Assembly (NCBI GenBank): GCA_012295275.1
Contig: CM022673.1
Location: forward strand, 6,696,001 to 6,760,000
Length of the DNA: 64,000 nt
Origin: Chrysomallon squamiferum
Lineage: Eukaryota; Animalia; Mollusca
Reading direction: 5' to 3'
Each line of letters opens with the position of its first letter. Positions within the stretch are counted from its first letter, which is position 1. The notes beneath the pieces were generated by a model. It did not search any database. It was not told the origin of the DNA and saw only the letters and a list, made by a program, of their open reading frames with translations. The translations under genes were made by a program, and so were the position numbers. Below, in pieces: positions 40,771 through 54,903 of the stretch.

Positions 40771-43700
40771 TATTTTTCTTTTTCTCACCTGCAGAAACAA
40801 CATAAAAAATGTATATTCTTACCTTTTTTTTTTTTTTTTTTTCTCAGAAATAAAAAAAAAAGCTTGCAGACATATTCGGTTTAAATTAATGATTCCAAAA
40901 ACATTAATCCATAATAATGGTTAAAAATTGAAACAAGACATTTGAAATAATTTTATATTTTATGTAATAATGTGTGTTATGTAAATATGTTACTAAATTT
41001 ATCTGAACTGGAATGTGCTGAAACAATACAATAACATGAACATATATAAAAAACAAATGTCTGAATTCATATTAATACCAGTATCTCCAGATCTGTAAGT
41101 AATTCCCTTCACAGTGACAATGGAAACATGCATGTTTTGTTACAGAGATAAAAATGTAGGTGCCTGTCTCACAGACACACACAAAGAAATACATGTAAGC
41201 ACATTCATACATTCACACATGCACATATCAGTGCATGTTGTAACAATCTGATGGTATGTTTTAGTATGCAGATACGGTTTTAGTGCTTGTCAGTAGGTCT
41301 GTGTGTACAAAGCAGAATTATCAAGATACCTTTATTTAAAATCACTGGCTGATAACTTGTTAATCCTTTTTGTTCTGATTACATGATTTGTAACTGGTGT
41401 GACATAGAAGTTATTTAAGTACCCATTATTTCAGGGTTCTTGTGTATAATCACATGATATACTGTTAAAGCATTTTCCACCCCCCACCCCCACCTAATTT
41501 AGCCATTGCTATGTCAGTGGTTAAATATATTTATTTTGATATTTTTTCTTAAAACTGACTGATTTTACACTGCATAATGTAATCCATTCTTAACACGTAA
41601 TAAAATTGATGAAATATTAGCAATTTAAAAAAAATTATAAACATTAGAATGATTTCAGTCTAAATGTCATAAAAAGTATTCAAAATGAAGTATTGGAGCT
41701 TTGAAAATTTCAGGTTCATCAAACAGTTTGACTTGCATACAGGCAGTTATTTCGATAAATACTGCAGACTAAATAAAGAATTTGGAGTCATGATTGTTAG
41801 ACAGTATATTGCATTCAGCTTTTGTAACTTATAAATTAAATAAAAGTCTGACATATTAAACACTAAATCTCCACAGCTCCTTTTAAAGTATTTAACAACA
41901 GGTTTTGTAATTTCTGTAGCTTTCTGTAGCGTTCATGCAAACTGGATGATAATGCATAAAAAAACAAAAAATACTTCTCTTTTGTCACCGTGAATGTGGA
42001 TGAATCCTGTTGATATTCTTTTCATTATAATGCTTTCAGGGCTTTCTTGGATTTTACAAAACTTTTCAGTGTTTATCATTTCTCATCTTTTGAATGTCAG
42101 TGGTGTGTATTAATCAAGTGTGATATTTGAATTGGATACATTACCTGTTATATTATACAAACATGTTACACCATTCATTTCTCTGTATTATGATATGCCC
42201 TGATACATTACATGTTTGTAATGGTACTGTGGAACAAGTTTTTTTTTTTTTTTTAAAAACAAAAACATATTGCTTATGAGTATGATGTAAAGAAAAAAAA
42301 AATTTTTAAAAATCTTTTTTTATTTATTTATTTATTTTATTTTTATTTTTATTATTATTATTTTTTTTTTATAATGACTTGCTTCAGAAATGAAACTTAA
42401 TACACTGTTGATATTTTTATTAACAACAATTATTTTGTTACACCAATAATTTTTATTAATAAGTTCATACAGTTAACATTCGATTATTTAACAAAAACTA
42501 CATACATCTGTTTTACATATTTACTTTTATCATCGATAAAATCTTACTTCAAAAACGATCTTTTAATTTGTATTTTTTACTTTATTTTGCTATTTTTCCA
42601 TCACAATTTTTACTCGGAGGAGGAAGATTTTTTTTTTTTTTTTTTAAATTTAAAAATTTCAAAACATTCGTCTGGTATTTCTGAAAGCTGTTCCTGTAGG
42701 TTTGTAATCAAACAAGCTGTGGAAACAAACGTGGACAGATGACGACTGATTGTTTCACTTCTCGCCCGCCGCAATCAAGGGCATCATCGTTACGTATGCT
42801 AAACGGCTCGGAGCACAGCATCGCTGTTGTGTCAGTCGCCAGGCTATTGTCAGTGTTGTATTGTGTGCACATTACGGCCAGTCACGCTGGCGGTCGCGGC
42901 CGCAGTTTATTTATGCATGACTGAACTCGAGGCATGTCATTTTTATTATTCTTCCAAAGCATCTGATGTGTCTTTTCGTTTAAAAAAAAAAAGAAAAGAA
43001 ATATAGTCTTTTCTAGGTCAGGTATCATGTTGTGTTGTTTTGTTTTGTTGTTTTTTTTTTTGGTTCAGGAGAGAAAAGAATTTTTGTTGAAGTTTAAGAC
43101 ATACCTGCAGAGTTGCGTGTTTTAAAAATTGCATACATGCCAGATGAAAAGCTTTAATTTCTGCAGTAATGTGTATTTTAAATAAAAGGTGTATTTTGTA
43201 AAATGAAAGAAAAAACAAACAACTGAGGCCTAATTATTAATGAAGTAATAAATTATTTTTATTATTATAATAAAAATAATCATAGTAGTAGGGTTTTTTT
43301 TTATAGTAATAAAAATCGTAGTAACAATAATAATATTTAGTAATGGTAAAAGTAATAAAAATAGGTGTAATTACTGTAATATTAAAAACTAACTGCTATA
43401 ATAATAATAATAATAATAATAATGGTAGTAATATCTTTTTATATCTCGGGTTATTTGTAATTATAGCCTATGTCTATACAATATAATTTATATTCAGTGC
43501 ACATGTATAATTAATGTGTAACATAATATTTTTAATCAGGATAATAAATTAATTTGTTTAACATGTTGTAATATAAATAATGAACTGATGTATTAATTTG
43601 TACCAAAAGTAGTAACATTCAAGAGTTATACTAGTTTTACAGTGTAGTACGAACTAAAATTTATTTTGAACTTAGGGAAGATTAATTAATGACACTTAAT

Positions 43701-44387
43701 AACATTGATAAATAATTGTATTACATAATTAACACACGTATGTATTTGAAACAGAATAATGAAATGCATTAATAGATAAACTTTTTTTTTTGTATTGGTC
43801 TACATTTAAATACTGTTTGCACTGAATTTTAATTAATTTGTATTACATAGAACACAGATGGGTAATTGTATTAATGCATATTTTTACCTGTGTAAGTTAA
43901 TTAAACTGTATCACATGCTGTAACATCGATACGTAATTATATTACACAGGTGTATGGAATTAAAACACTTCTGCAGACAGATGTTAATTTTATTACCTGT
44001 AGCTGAGTGATGTTAGAAGAGCTTCAAGCTGATATTTAATACTTAGTACTGTGTTTTACTATACAAATACCTGATATTCAAGGAACCTGAATATATTACA
44101 GAAGGTAAAATATTTCAGATAATAATTTTTGTTGTTTTTACTTTACATGTTGTGTTTCATATTCACGTTTGTGTCTATGTGTGTGTATGTGTTGAGAAAG
44201 AAGGAATGAATGAGAAAGAGGAATAAGATGGGGTATTTGATTATTGTTCCTCTGTTGTATTAACTAAATTTAGAATATTTTGCATTGAAATGGATTTTTT
44301 ATTTTTTTTTAAAAAACATTCAGCTCAAGATTTTGGTTTCAAAATGGTGAAAAAAAAAATAAGATTGGTACTTTTTTATTTCATTTT

Positions 44388-44418
<31 letters not shown>

Positions 44419-46354
44419 TTATATAAGGAAATGATGCAAGTTCAAATCACATCTTCCTGGTAGGTTGTTTATTCCTATCTGCCAAAGAGGATTAAACATG
44501 CGATTAATATGCAAATTAGTGACAACAGTTCACTGCTTTGGAAAGAGGTGCATGATATTCATCAAAAGCAGATTTTTAAAAATGTTACTTGTACACTGAT
44601 GATGGAAGGTGTATCAAGAATCTATCCAACCCTGTCTGAATATCTTTTTTTTTTTTTTTTTTCTCAATAAGTTAATTAAAAACATATTTTTTTTTCCCAC
44701 CGTCAATTTTTCCTACAAAGACTTTTAATCATGAGAATTTACCCGTCTTGCTGGTTTCTAATTCAGCTTTGTAACACCAACAGTAAAAAAAAAAATGCAT
44801 GTCAAACATGAGGAGGTGACGGTTAATGTATTTTTGATAAGGTGGATGTGAATGTGAATCTTTGATTACCAGGTCTAACGTAAATGTCTTGTTGAGGCTT
44901 TGTGACTCTTAACTTGTGGCTGTGAAACTAGTTGATGCATTGGTTTGAAACATGAAATCTGAACAGTGCATTGAAAGACTTTTTTTTTTTTTTTTTTTTT
45001 TCAGTCACGCAACTCACGGATCTATCCTGTTTGGTGAATTTGCTGGTGTGTGGATGTTTTTATTTTTGTGCATGATTCTTATTGATTTGTAAAAGTGTGG
45101 GAATGCATGTTCAAGCACGTTTATATGTGTTTAAAATTTACACCAGTTGTTTTTAGAGACTTTGTTTCATTTAGCCATTGTTTTAAAGTAAATTAGCAAA
45201 AAGTGAAAAAAAAAAAAAAGATCTGATTTTGTAAATTAAAAAGAAATATCTGACATCAGAAAACATCCTTGAAATGTCTTAAGTTAAAAACAAAACAGAA
45301 TTTTTTAAAATAAATAAATTGAAAAAAGACTTATGGCCTATCAGAACAAAACACTAAGCCCAAACAATGTAACTGTGCAGTCAGAAATTTAAATAATGAA
45401 AAAAAAAAAAATTGTCACATCAACATCTGTAACTAACTGTTTGATAATTACTGAATTCTTATTGCTTTTTCTAATTTTATTTATGATCAGAGAACATCTG
45501 GAACATATTTCAAATGAAATTCTTTAAAAACTTTTTTTAATTTCATTTCATATTCAGTAGTTTAATATTTTGAACACTTACAGTTACTTTTGAGTACAAA
45601 TTGAACCATTGTGTTGTCAGACGCATAGACTGAAAAACAATTTATAAAATATGCCTGTATTCTGAATTCAGCATCAAAACCTGATACACCTGTTTGAAAA
45701 AAACCCCACTGCACATACTTGTAGAAACTATTTTTTCTTCCTAACACAATATTATTTTACATTTGCGAGCAACAAATGACTTGATTGATTTAGAAACAGA
45801 ATTCAGAAGAACTGTCGACATGAAATAAAATAATTTATTAACATGTGGCTTTCTGATATCATCACTGTCTGAAACAGATTTAAATCTTCCAATAGGTTTC
45901 AGATTTTTTTCTGTTTTGGTTACTTTGGTTTGACATAATTTTGGAAGTTATCTGTTTTATTCATGGAAGAACGTGAATTTGCTATTCATTGGATGGGCCA
46001 ATGTAAATAGCAACTGTTTACATAGGTACACGAATTTAACTTGATATGATATGTATGTGTGTGTGTGTTCATCAGTGCATACATAATATATATGGAGAGT
46101 AAATAAATTGGCATGCAGTCATTATTTGTGTATATTTATGTAAGAAATGTGAAGCTGTGAGGTGTATATTTATATTATATATATTCAATATTTCATTTTC
46201 AAGAGAGATTTTTAATGGACGTAATATGGAACAAAATCTCTTCTGTTGGTCCACATGGTGTCACATGTTGTAACAGCTGTGTGCATAGTTTACTTTCAAA
46301 CCATCTGTGTCTGTGTCAGCACAGGCTGTCACTGGGTCACTTCATGTATTTAAT

Positions 46355-46830
46355 TTCTCATTTCTTGATGTATTTAAGTTTCTCATCTCTTGATATATTC
46401 AGTTTCTCATTTCTTGATATATTCAGTTTCTCATGTGTTGATATATTCGGTTTCTCCTTTCTTGATATATTCAGTTTCTCATGTGTTGATATATTCGGTT
46501 TCTCCTTTCTTGATATATTCAGTTTCTCATTTCTTGATATATTCAGTTTCCCATTTCTTGATATATTCAGTTTCTCATTTCTTGATATATTTAGTTTCTC
46601 GTGTGTTGATATATTCAGTTTCTCATTTCTTGATATATTCAGTTTCTCATTTCTTGATATATTTAGTTTCTCATTTCTTGATACATTCGGTTTCTCATTT
46701 CTCGATACACTCACTGATTCGGTTTTTAATTTTTCAATGTATTTCTCATTTCTTGACATTTAATTCGTCATTTCTTGATATATTTAAGTTCTCACTTCTT
46801 GATGTATTTAAATTCTCATTTCTTGGTATT
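46355..46830. repeat. 24-bp minisatellite (TTCTTGATATATTCAGTTTCTCAT)n in EPS8 intron 1
   Basis: Well-conserved core units with degenerate flanks; gives the 8-aa periodic ORFs (SRNEKLNI / FLDIFSFS). Confidence 0.93.
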
Positions 46831-48254
46831 AATATATTCTTACTTCTTCTTGTAAATAATTTCTCATGATACACTTAAATTTGTTTACATTTAATTTATT
46901 CTTGGTGTATTCAGTTTTTCTTTTCTTGATATATTTATTTTCTAATTTCTAATGTTTAGGATGGCCGTGGGCGGATGCAGTTTATGTCAGAATTATTATA
47001 CATGCGAGATATTTTATTCTTTTCTTTTTTTTTTCCTTTAAGAAAAGAATAATTTATTATGCCTGATAAATTTTTATGAGTCAGAGGTGTTCTGTTATAG
47101 CCTCTGTTGTCACTTTTATGTTTATTTTAAAATTACAATTATTAATTTGAATTTTTAATCATATTTGTTTAATTTTTTTTTTTTTATGGGATATTAAGGG
47201 GAATATTTCAACAGGTATACTTCAGGATGTTTGCATAAAAACATGGATTTAGAATTTAGAAAAAAGAACTGGTTCTCCTTTGTAATTTCTATATATATGA
47301 TCATTGACTCACTCATAACATCAATCTTCCATAATGAGGAAAGAACAGGAATCGGACATTTGTACATTTCAACACCAACAGTTCAGATGTAATACAATAA
47401 TCATCAAAAAAGTTCAGTTAATAATTTCAAAGCCTGAATGTTAAAGAAACTTAGATTCAAAGCCTAAACCACCCAAATGTGTGTTACAGTCGGTGACTTG
47501 TGACTAGTTTATCAAACACATCACCACACCCATGGGAAGGTGAATATAAAAAGATCTGATGCGGCTAAATTGACAAAAATTTGTGTTTTGAATTACCAGT
47601 TTTCTCCTTGGTACCACTAATACATACATAAATCAAACTCGACATCATACAACAACTAACAATCAAACTGGTCGTGATATCATCAAAATTTTTATTCATA
47701 CATTCATATAAAAAAATAACAAACAAAAAAAAAACGCAACTTAAACTGCATCCAAAATAAGCTAACACCAATTTTGAAGCATACTTTAGATATGAAATGT
47801 CAGACTTCCCTGTCACCCCCAATTCTTTAAAGATGGTAACTGATACCCCTTTTTATAACCCCCCACAAGACAGCGTCAACTTAATGGTACGTCATGACTG
47901 GCATGTCCAAGTTAAATTAAGTGTGTTATTATATAACAAAAGGTAGACCTGTTCCTTTGTAAGCTGCTATGTGCAGTAGCGAAGTGAACAAGGAAGTGTG
48001 CACTGGGAAGTCTGTGCAACACAAAAGCAGGCCAGACGTTTTTAAAGGAATCATTTATTAATGACAGTCACTAACTTGATTTTGTTTGTCAGTAATAGGT
48101 TATTAATACCCACTGACGAGTAATTTTTTCACAAACTATTGTTACTGCTACTTCAGCCACTGCACCAGTAAGGTTGGTGTTGGTAAAAGTACTGGTATGT
48201 TGCGGTTAATTCTTCTGCAGTTATTAACAACCAAGATTTGAGGGAGGAAATTAT

Positions 48255-48456
48255 ACTACAGCTGCTGTTGCTGTTACTGCTTCTGTTACTGTTGTCACTA
48301 CTTCTATTACTACTACTACTACTCTTGCTACTGCTACCACTACTACTGGTACTGCTACTGTTGTTACTGATACCATGAATGTTATAACTACAACAACTGC
48401 TACTACTGTTATTACTGCTGTTACTACAACAACAAATTTACTATTATTACTATTAT

Positions 48457-48493
<37 letters not shown>

Positions 48494-48743
48494 GCAGCTG
48501 CTATTGTGTCATTTGTTTATTACTTGCTTTATTACACTGTGATTCTTAGTTTTTGGTGATTAAGAGAACAGGTCCTGGTGCAACCATTGTGTTATTTCCC
48601 ATTCTAGCCATTGTCCTTTTGAGTAGAGTGTTAGTCTTAAAAGACTATGATATATAAATTGTATATTTACACATTAACATGATCCACACATTGATTTCGT
48701 TACTATTAGTATATTTTGCTTCTTTTGTCATTGTTGTTTATTT

Positions 48744-48787
<44 letters not shown>

Positions 48788-49005
48788 ATGCTGCTAATGT
48801 TATTGTTTTATTATTAATACTGTTTAATATTATTAATATTATTACAAATATTACTGCAGTTATTATTATTATTATTAATATTACTTCTACTATTTCCATA
48901 GGTATTATTATTAATACCGTTACCATTATTATTATTATTATTATTATTACTACTACTGCTGTTACTGTTGTTGTTGTTGATGTTGTTGTTACTGTTGTTG
49001 CTGTC
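48255..49005. repeat. (ACT)n / (ATT)n / (GTT)n trinucleotide low-complexity region upstream of the EPS8 start exon
   Basis: Seen directly; interrupted by unique sequence at about 48510-48740. Confidence 0.85.
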
Positions 49006-49031
49006 TGTTTTCAGGGTAGGCAAGGTGGAAG

Positions 49032-51568
49032 ATGCCTGGCCTGCCGCCACGAGACATGAATGGGTTTGGCGATTACGACCGCGGTCCACTCAAAGGAACA
49101 CAAATGGCAAAGTAAGGTTTATTTTAATATCATATTGCTTGTTGTGTGCACAGGTGCATCAGTGTGCGTAGATATATATATATATATATATATATGTCTG
49201 TATGTGCATGAATGTGTGTATGTATTAATATACAAATACATGTATATAATCAGATTGTGTGTTAAAGTTATATTTATAAAAATATTCAAAATTTAACGGA
49301 ATGAGGTTCTGCCACTTAATTAAGGAAGTGTTAAAACAGGTAACAGGAAAATGGATAAGGAAGCGTGGGCAAATTAATTATCTGTAATTAACATGATATT
49401 TATATTTGTGCTTTATGACTCATTAAAGTTACAGCTACCACAAATACAATTGTAACATAACTTTATTACTCGTTAAAGTAATAGGTCTTTAGTAACTGTT
49501 TGAAATGCAATGTTATTATTCGTTAAAATAATACCTCGTCCCTAAATACATTTGAAATATAAGTTTGTTATTCACTGAAGTAATGTCATGTACTGTATTG
49601 GTTAGAAAACTCTAGGAATTTTGAAACATTATTATTATTATTATTATTTTTTTAATATGTGACATAATTCAGTCAGGCTATGACATTGTATTGATTGATA
49701 CACATAGTCACAACAAATCGTAGTGTGATACTGGTTTACATTAAACAGTGACTATGGTACAATTTGTGTATGAATGCAGGTTTGTGCTTATGAATGTAGG
49801 TTTGTGTATAATCTTTTGTGTGTTTGATAACTGAATATTTATTTCTGTGTTTGATGTGTTTATGTGTATGCTTGATGTACATTTGTATGTGTTTATGTAA
49901 GTAAGTATGTTTATACATGTGTATGCTTTGATATATTTTATGTAAGTGCAATTATATTTGTTTTAAAACTTTGAGACTTTTAGAAAATTTTATGTTTTTC
50001 ATTTTTTTCTTTTTACCTACACAACTTTGTCAGAAAGCGTTTTTCAAATTTGCTCTTTTCACTGCTCGCACACAGTAAAAAATGCATCAATAATTAAATA
50101 ATAATTTTTTTTTTATACAAGTATATTGTTACAACAGTAGTGCTGTATAAGGTGCATGTTTAAGAAAATAAGTGAAAACAAAAATATTTTTTTTCCAATC
50201 ATTTAGCAAAGTGAAATCATTTCATACTCCTCTGTTTATGATAGTTGAAATTTGTCTTTTTAAAAAAAATTTAAAAATATAAAAATATATATAACTTAAA
50301 TATTGATATATTTATATTTACTTGTATACCCTGTATTTTGTTTGCACAACAACAAAGAAGTAATCTGCATAAATAAATAAATAAATAGATAAATAAATAA
50401 ATAAATAAATACCCTGTTACATACATATTTTTTTTAGTAAAATTATTAACAGTAAAATTATTTTTGTAATATTTGAGGAATTAAAAGTAATCTATATAAA
50501 GATTTTGTAGTGAATTGTTCATGATGGTATATTTCACAATAACAAATAAATAAGTAAATAAAAGAATATATTATGTGGATAAATAAATTAGGATTTTGTA
50601 ACAGTTTTAGTAAAAAACAAATTCACAAGACTGCAAAAGTTATCTAAATAAATAATTACTAAATAAATTAGTGTTAAATAAATTTGTGGTGAAATATCAA
50701 AATAACAGAAAATAAACTCATAAATAAAAAAACATTTTTTACATTAAATTGTTATGAGGACAGTTTGGAAGTTGTCTTAATAAATAAACAAACTGATAAA
50801 TATATAAATGCATATTAAACGTAGAGTACACAGGTATGCTTTATGAAAACGGTTTAGAAGATGTCTAAAGATAAAATAAACTAATAAATAATTATATAAA
50901 TATTTTGTACACTAACATTAACGATTAACGAGCTGCTACGAAGACAGTTTGTAAAGTGGGCCGTATAAAGTGATAAATAAATATTTTGTACATTACAACG
51001 CCAGCTTACAAGTTATCTAAATAAATGAACAGATAAAATATTTTGTTCAGGTATGTTGTTATGTAGGTGATGTAGAAAATGTGCCTGCAGTAGATGAGTC
51101 AGATCAGATAACAGTGTAGATAGCATCACACACACATAACAATAAAAACACATCCAGTGTCTTCTGGATTTATTAACAGACATCTTTTGTAACCTTCAAA
51201 CACTCGCCATAAACGAAAACATGGCTAAGGAAGTAAATGTACAAAAACAAAACTTTACAAAATTATTTTGTTGAAATCATCGTTATTATTAATTAAAAAA
51301 AAAAAAAAACTTTTAACATGTTTTTTGTTTTGGAGTCTATAAAATATTGAAAATATTTGAAATTGTTTCTAAACAATCAAAATTTCGACAGCGATCTTCA
51401 TAACTTTGCCAATTCCTGCAGGCAGTTGCACTTTCTGTCTCTCTGTGTAACAATAAAACACATCCAGTGTCTTCTGGATGCGATGCGCTAGGAAATAAAT
51501 GAACAAAAACAAAACTTTACAAAATTATTTTGTAAAATCATGATTATTATTATTATTATTTAAAAAAA

Positions 51569-51626
<58 letters not shown>

Positions 51627-54433
51627 CAGAGGTTAGGAAATGAAAATACTTTTATAACCTTTTTAATGTGTTCTCTGTCCTTTTAACAGTTTCACTAACT
51701 TCAGAATTGTATGGAGAGGGTTCATAAAGAAGAAATAATTTCATCTCAAACTTGCTAATAGTTAGAGCAGGCTATAATAAATGATGCTGCATTTGCCACA
51801 TTTGTTTTAGGTTTCAAAATGAATCCTTGATGTGACCTTCCAAACTTTTTTTCAAGATGATTGATACCATATATGGATGTACATTTTTGATGCCACCAGT
51901 AGCTGTATATAACAGCTCCTATGAATTATTTCCTTCTCCTTTGGAGGCACTCCAAGGGATCATAAAAAAAGTCCATTTTGTGGAATGACTTCATCTTTGT
52001 ATGATGCATCAGACATTTTCATTTCAGACACTTGAGCAAAGGTGTATCTCATACTCATAGCATTATTTTTTTTATTTTCATATCAGTGGGCTGTGGTCAA
52101 CAGCATGCTTCTTGCTCAGTCATTTTAAGAAAATATGCTTATTTAGCAATTCAAGGAAAATAATTTTCCCATTCTTGAAACTTTCACAAGCGATGTTAGA
52201 CCTCTGCCTGCATGAAAAGCAATGCTGTATGCTTTTCAGTTTAAGGAAAAATGTTAACACAAGATCCATTGGTTCTAGTAGGAAAGCCTTGAAATATATA
52301 CAATAATCATGACAATGGCTGTGGGTTTGATAGCTTGTATTATTATTATTATTATTATTACAAAATCATATGTTTGACAGATAATAAACCGTGAACAAAA
52401 AAAAATATATGTTATGGAGTAATTAAACAAACCTTTTTTCATTCATTCATTCATTCACACTTACCTTTATGTTGTTCCAGTTTACACGTTCTTCATAAAA
52501 CTAGTAACCATTACCTTCAGCACATGAAAGACACCTTTAGCATAACGTTACTTTAATCTTTGCTAAATATAATGCTTATTTTCCAATGCGCTGTATTTTC
52601 TTTCTTCCAACCCACACTGTGTGAAGGATTTCCACAGTGACATTAAACTTCATAATCATTCGTTTACCCCACGCAGTAATTTTTCTTAACAACATTTTAA
52701 TATATTACATTAATGCCAGTGACATTCAGGTTTTTATTCTACAGGTTTTACCTCTAGTTTATGTCAATGGTTGTGCTTATATTAATGATTAAAATCAATG
52801 AGAGACAATATTTATATGGCTGTTATGTTTAGTTCTGCCAAATTCATTCACCTTATTACTATGTAGAAATCTTCTGATGATGTCAAAGGTTGTGCATTAC
52901 AAAATATGTGTTTCTGAAGATTTTTTTTTTTTTTAAATTAAGTTGATCATAACTATATCCTTCATTATGATGTGACTTCATTATGATGTTAAATAATATT
53001 TCTTAAGTTTTAAGGTGATTTTATATTTATATATATAATGTATTTACTTTCATCATGTAAGTCAAAACTGGATATATATATAATTTTGCAGCATGAAGAT
53101 GGATGATGTGTTCGTTCATGAAGCTGAATAGTTATTACACACCAAAAGACAGACAGTGTGATTGCACCTTAACAGTGTCATCTTTAACAGCTTTTCTAAT
53201 TTCCTGGTGTCCTGAAGCAAATTTTAATTAACTGGAAATTTACCCTAGTACCTTTTATATCAATTTTATTTTAACAGTGTTATTAAATTTAATAATAATT
53301 ATCTATATTTTTTATTTATTTATTCTATTTTTTTTTTTTTTCAGTGGTTATGACCCATACAATCGAGATAGCAGAGAGGATTATTTTTACACAAGGTGAG
53401 AAATTTGATTCTTAAATATTCAAATTTAAAAAGCCAGTAGTGTGCATAATGTTTTATAATGTTAGGAGATCTGTTTACAAAGTAAAAATTATAATAACTT
53501 CAGCCTTTAGGAATAGGATGCAGAATCTTCTTCCTAAAGGCTGAAGTTAACAGGTTTAACTACTGCTTGAAGCCTGATTGGTTTCAAAATGAGGCTTGTC
53601 GTTTGCGAAGGAATGTTCAAAGCTTCACAGGAACCAAGTAGAGAAAGAAGAATTAAATTATTTTAAACATGCTGTCAGCAGCTGAGGAATTCTAATATAA
53701 TCTTCAAAAAATTAAAGAAGAGTTAACCAGTTTTAAGTGTAAAACTATTTCAGTTAAAATGAAGTTATTTTAATTATGTGACTTCATAATTATTATGATT
53801 ATATTTACTGAGAGGTTGATTCTAATAATTCAAAAATCATAACAAAACAAAAATAAAATGAAATTAATAATAATTTAAAAAATAATAATAATTTTTTTCT
53901 AAAGATACAATTATTATATAATTAATGTCGATAGCCTTCAACATTTGTCCACTAAGAGGACATTTTCAAATTTATTATTATTTTCTTCTTAATATTCTGA
54001 AAAATCAACAGATAATGTAAATCATTAAGAACTCGATACCACACATTCAATAGATATTACTTTCGTATTATCATAAATGTTTCTAATTTGCCTTCTTAGT
54101 GGGGGGGGGAAAGCATGAAATATTCTCATTTCCAAGCCTACCTGCTCTCAAAGTGAGAGATTAACGAGAACGTGTTTGAAATTATCCCAGCATGCCCACC
54201 CTTTCATAACAGTGAAACAGGTTTCATTTGTCACCGGTCCCTTCATTGTTTGCATTGCTCTTGATGAAAGAAGAAAAGTTGGGGGTGTGGTGGGAAAGAT
54301 GAGTCTGTAAGTAATTTTGTATATCCTGGTGTTTGCATAACCTGCTGCCCATTCTTACTGGGCAGCCATTTTTTGACACCACAGGAGGGGGATGTGAAGG
54401 GTGTGAGTGAGTGAAGGGAGTGACTGAGAAAAT

Positions 54434-54465
<32 letters not shown>

Positions 54466-54856
54466 GGCAGGCAGGCAGACAGATGGACAAGGAAATAAAG
54501 ACAGAAAAAGAAAACGGATGATAGAAGAAACAGAAGAGAAAAAAAAAAAAAATAAAAAAAAACCCCCCACTATTTGGGTGTGACCAAATAGATTCGTGAA
54601 TATCCTGTTTTGATTAATAGAAGGAAATATGATGTATCCATTTAGAAATAAATAAATAAATAAAAAATAAATTAAAATAAAATAAAATGAATGTGTGCCC
54701 ATGAAAACATGAGTCAGAGGTAAATTCATAACCCTTGCACATAAATATAAATAAATAAATAAATAAATAAACACCACAGAGTAAAATACATCCAGTACAC
54801 TATTTCTTTCCCACACATGGGACTGCTTCTGTGATAGACTTTTATTTATTTATTTT

Positions 54857-54903
<47 letters not shown>

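Noticed and set aside
51650-52320. Higher-complexity stretch as a transposase or gene remnant
   Set aside because: The frames I translated are interrupted and show no motif I recognise.
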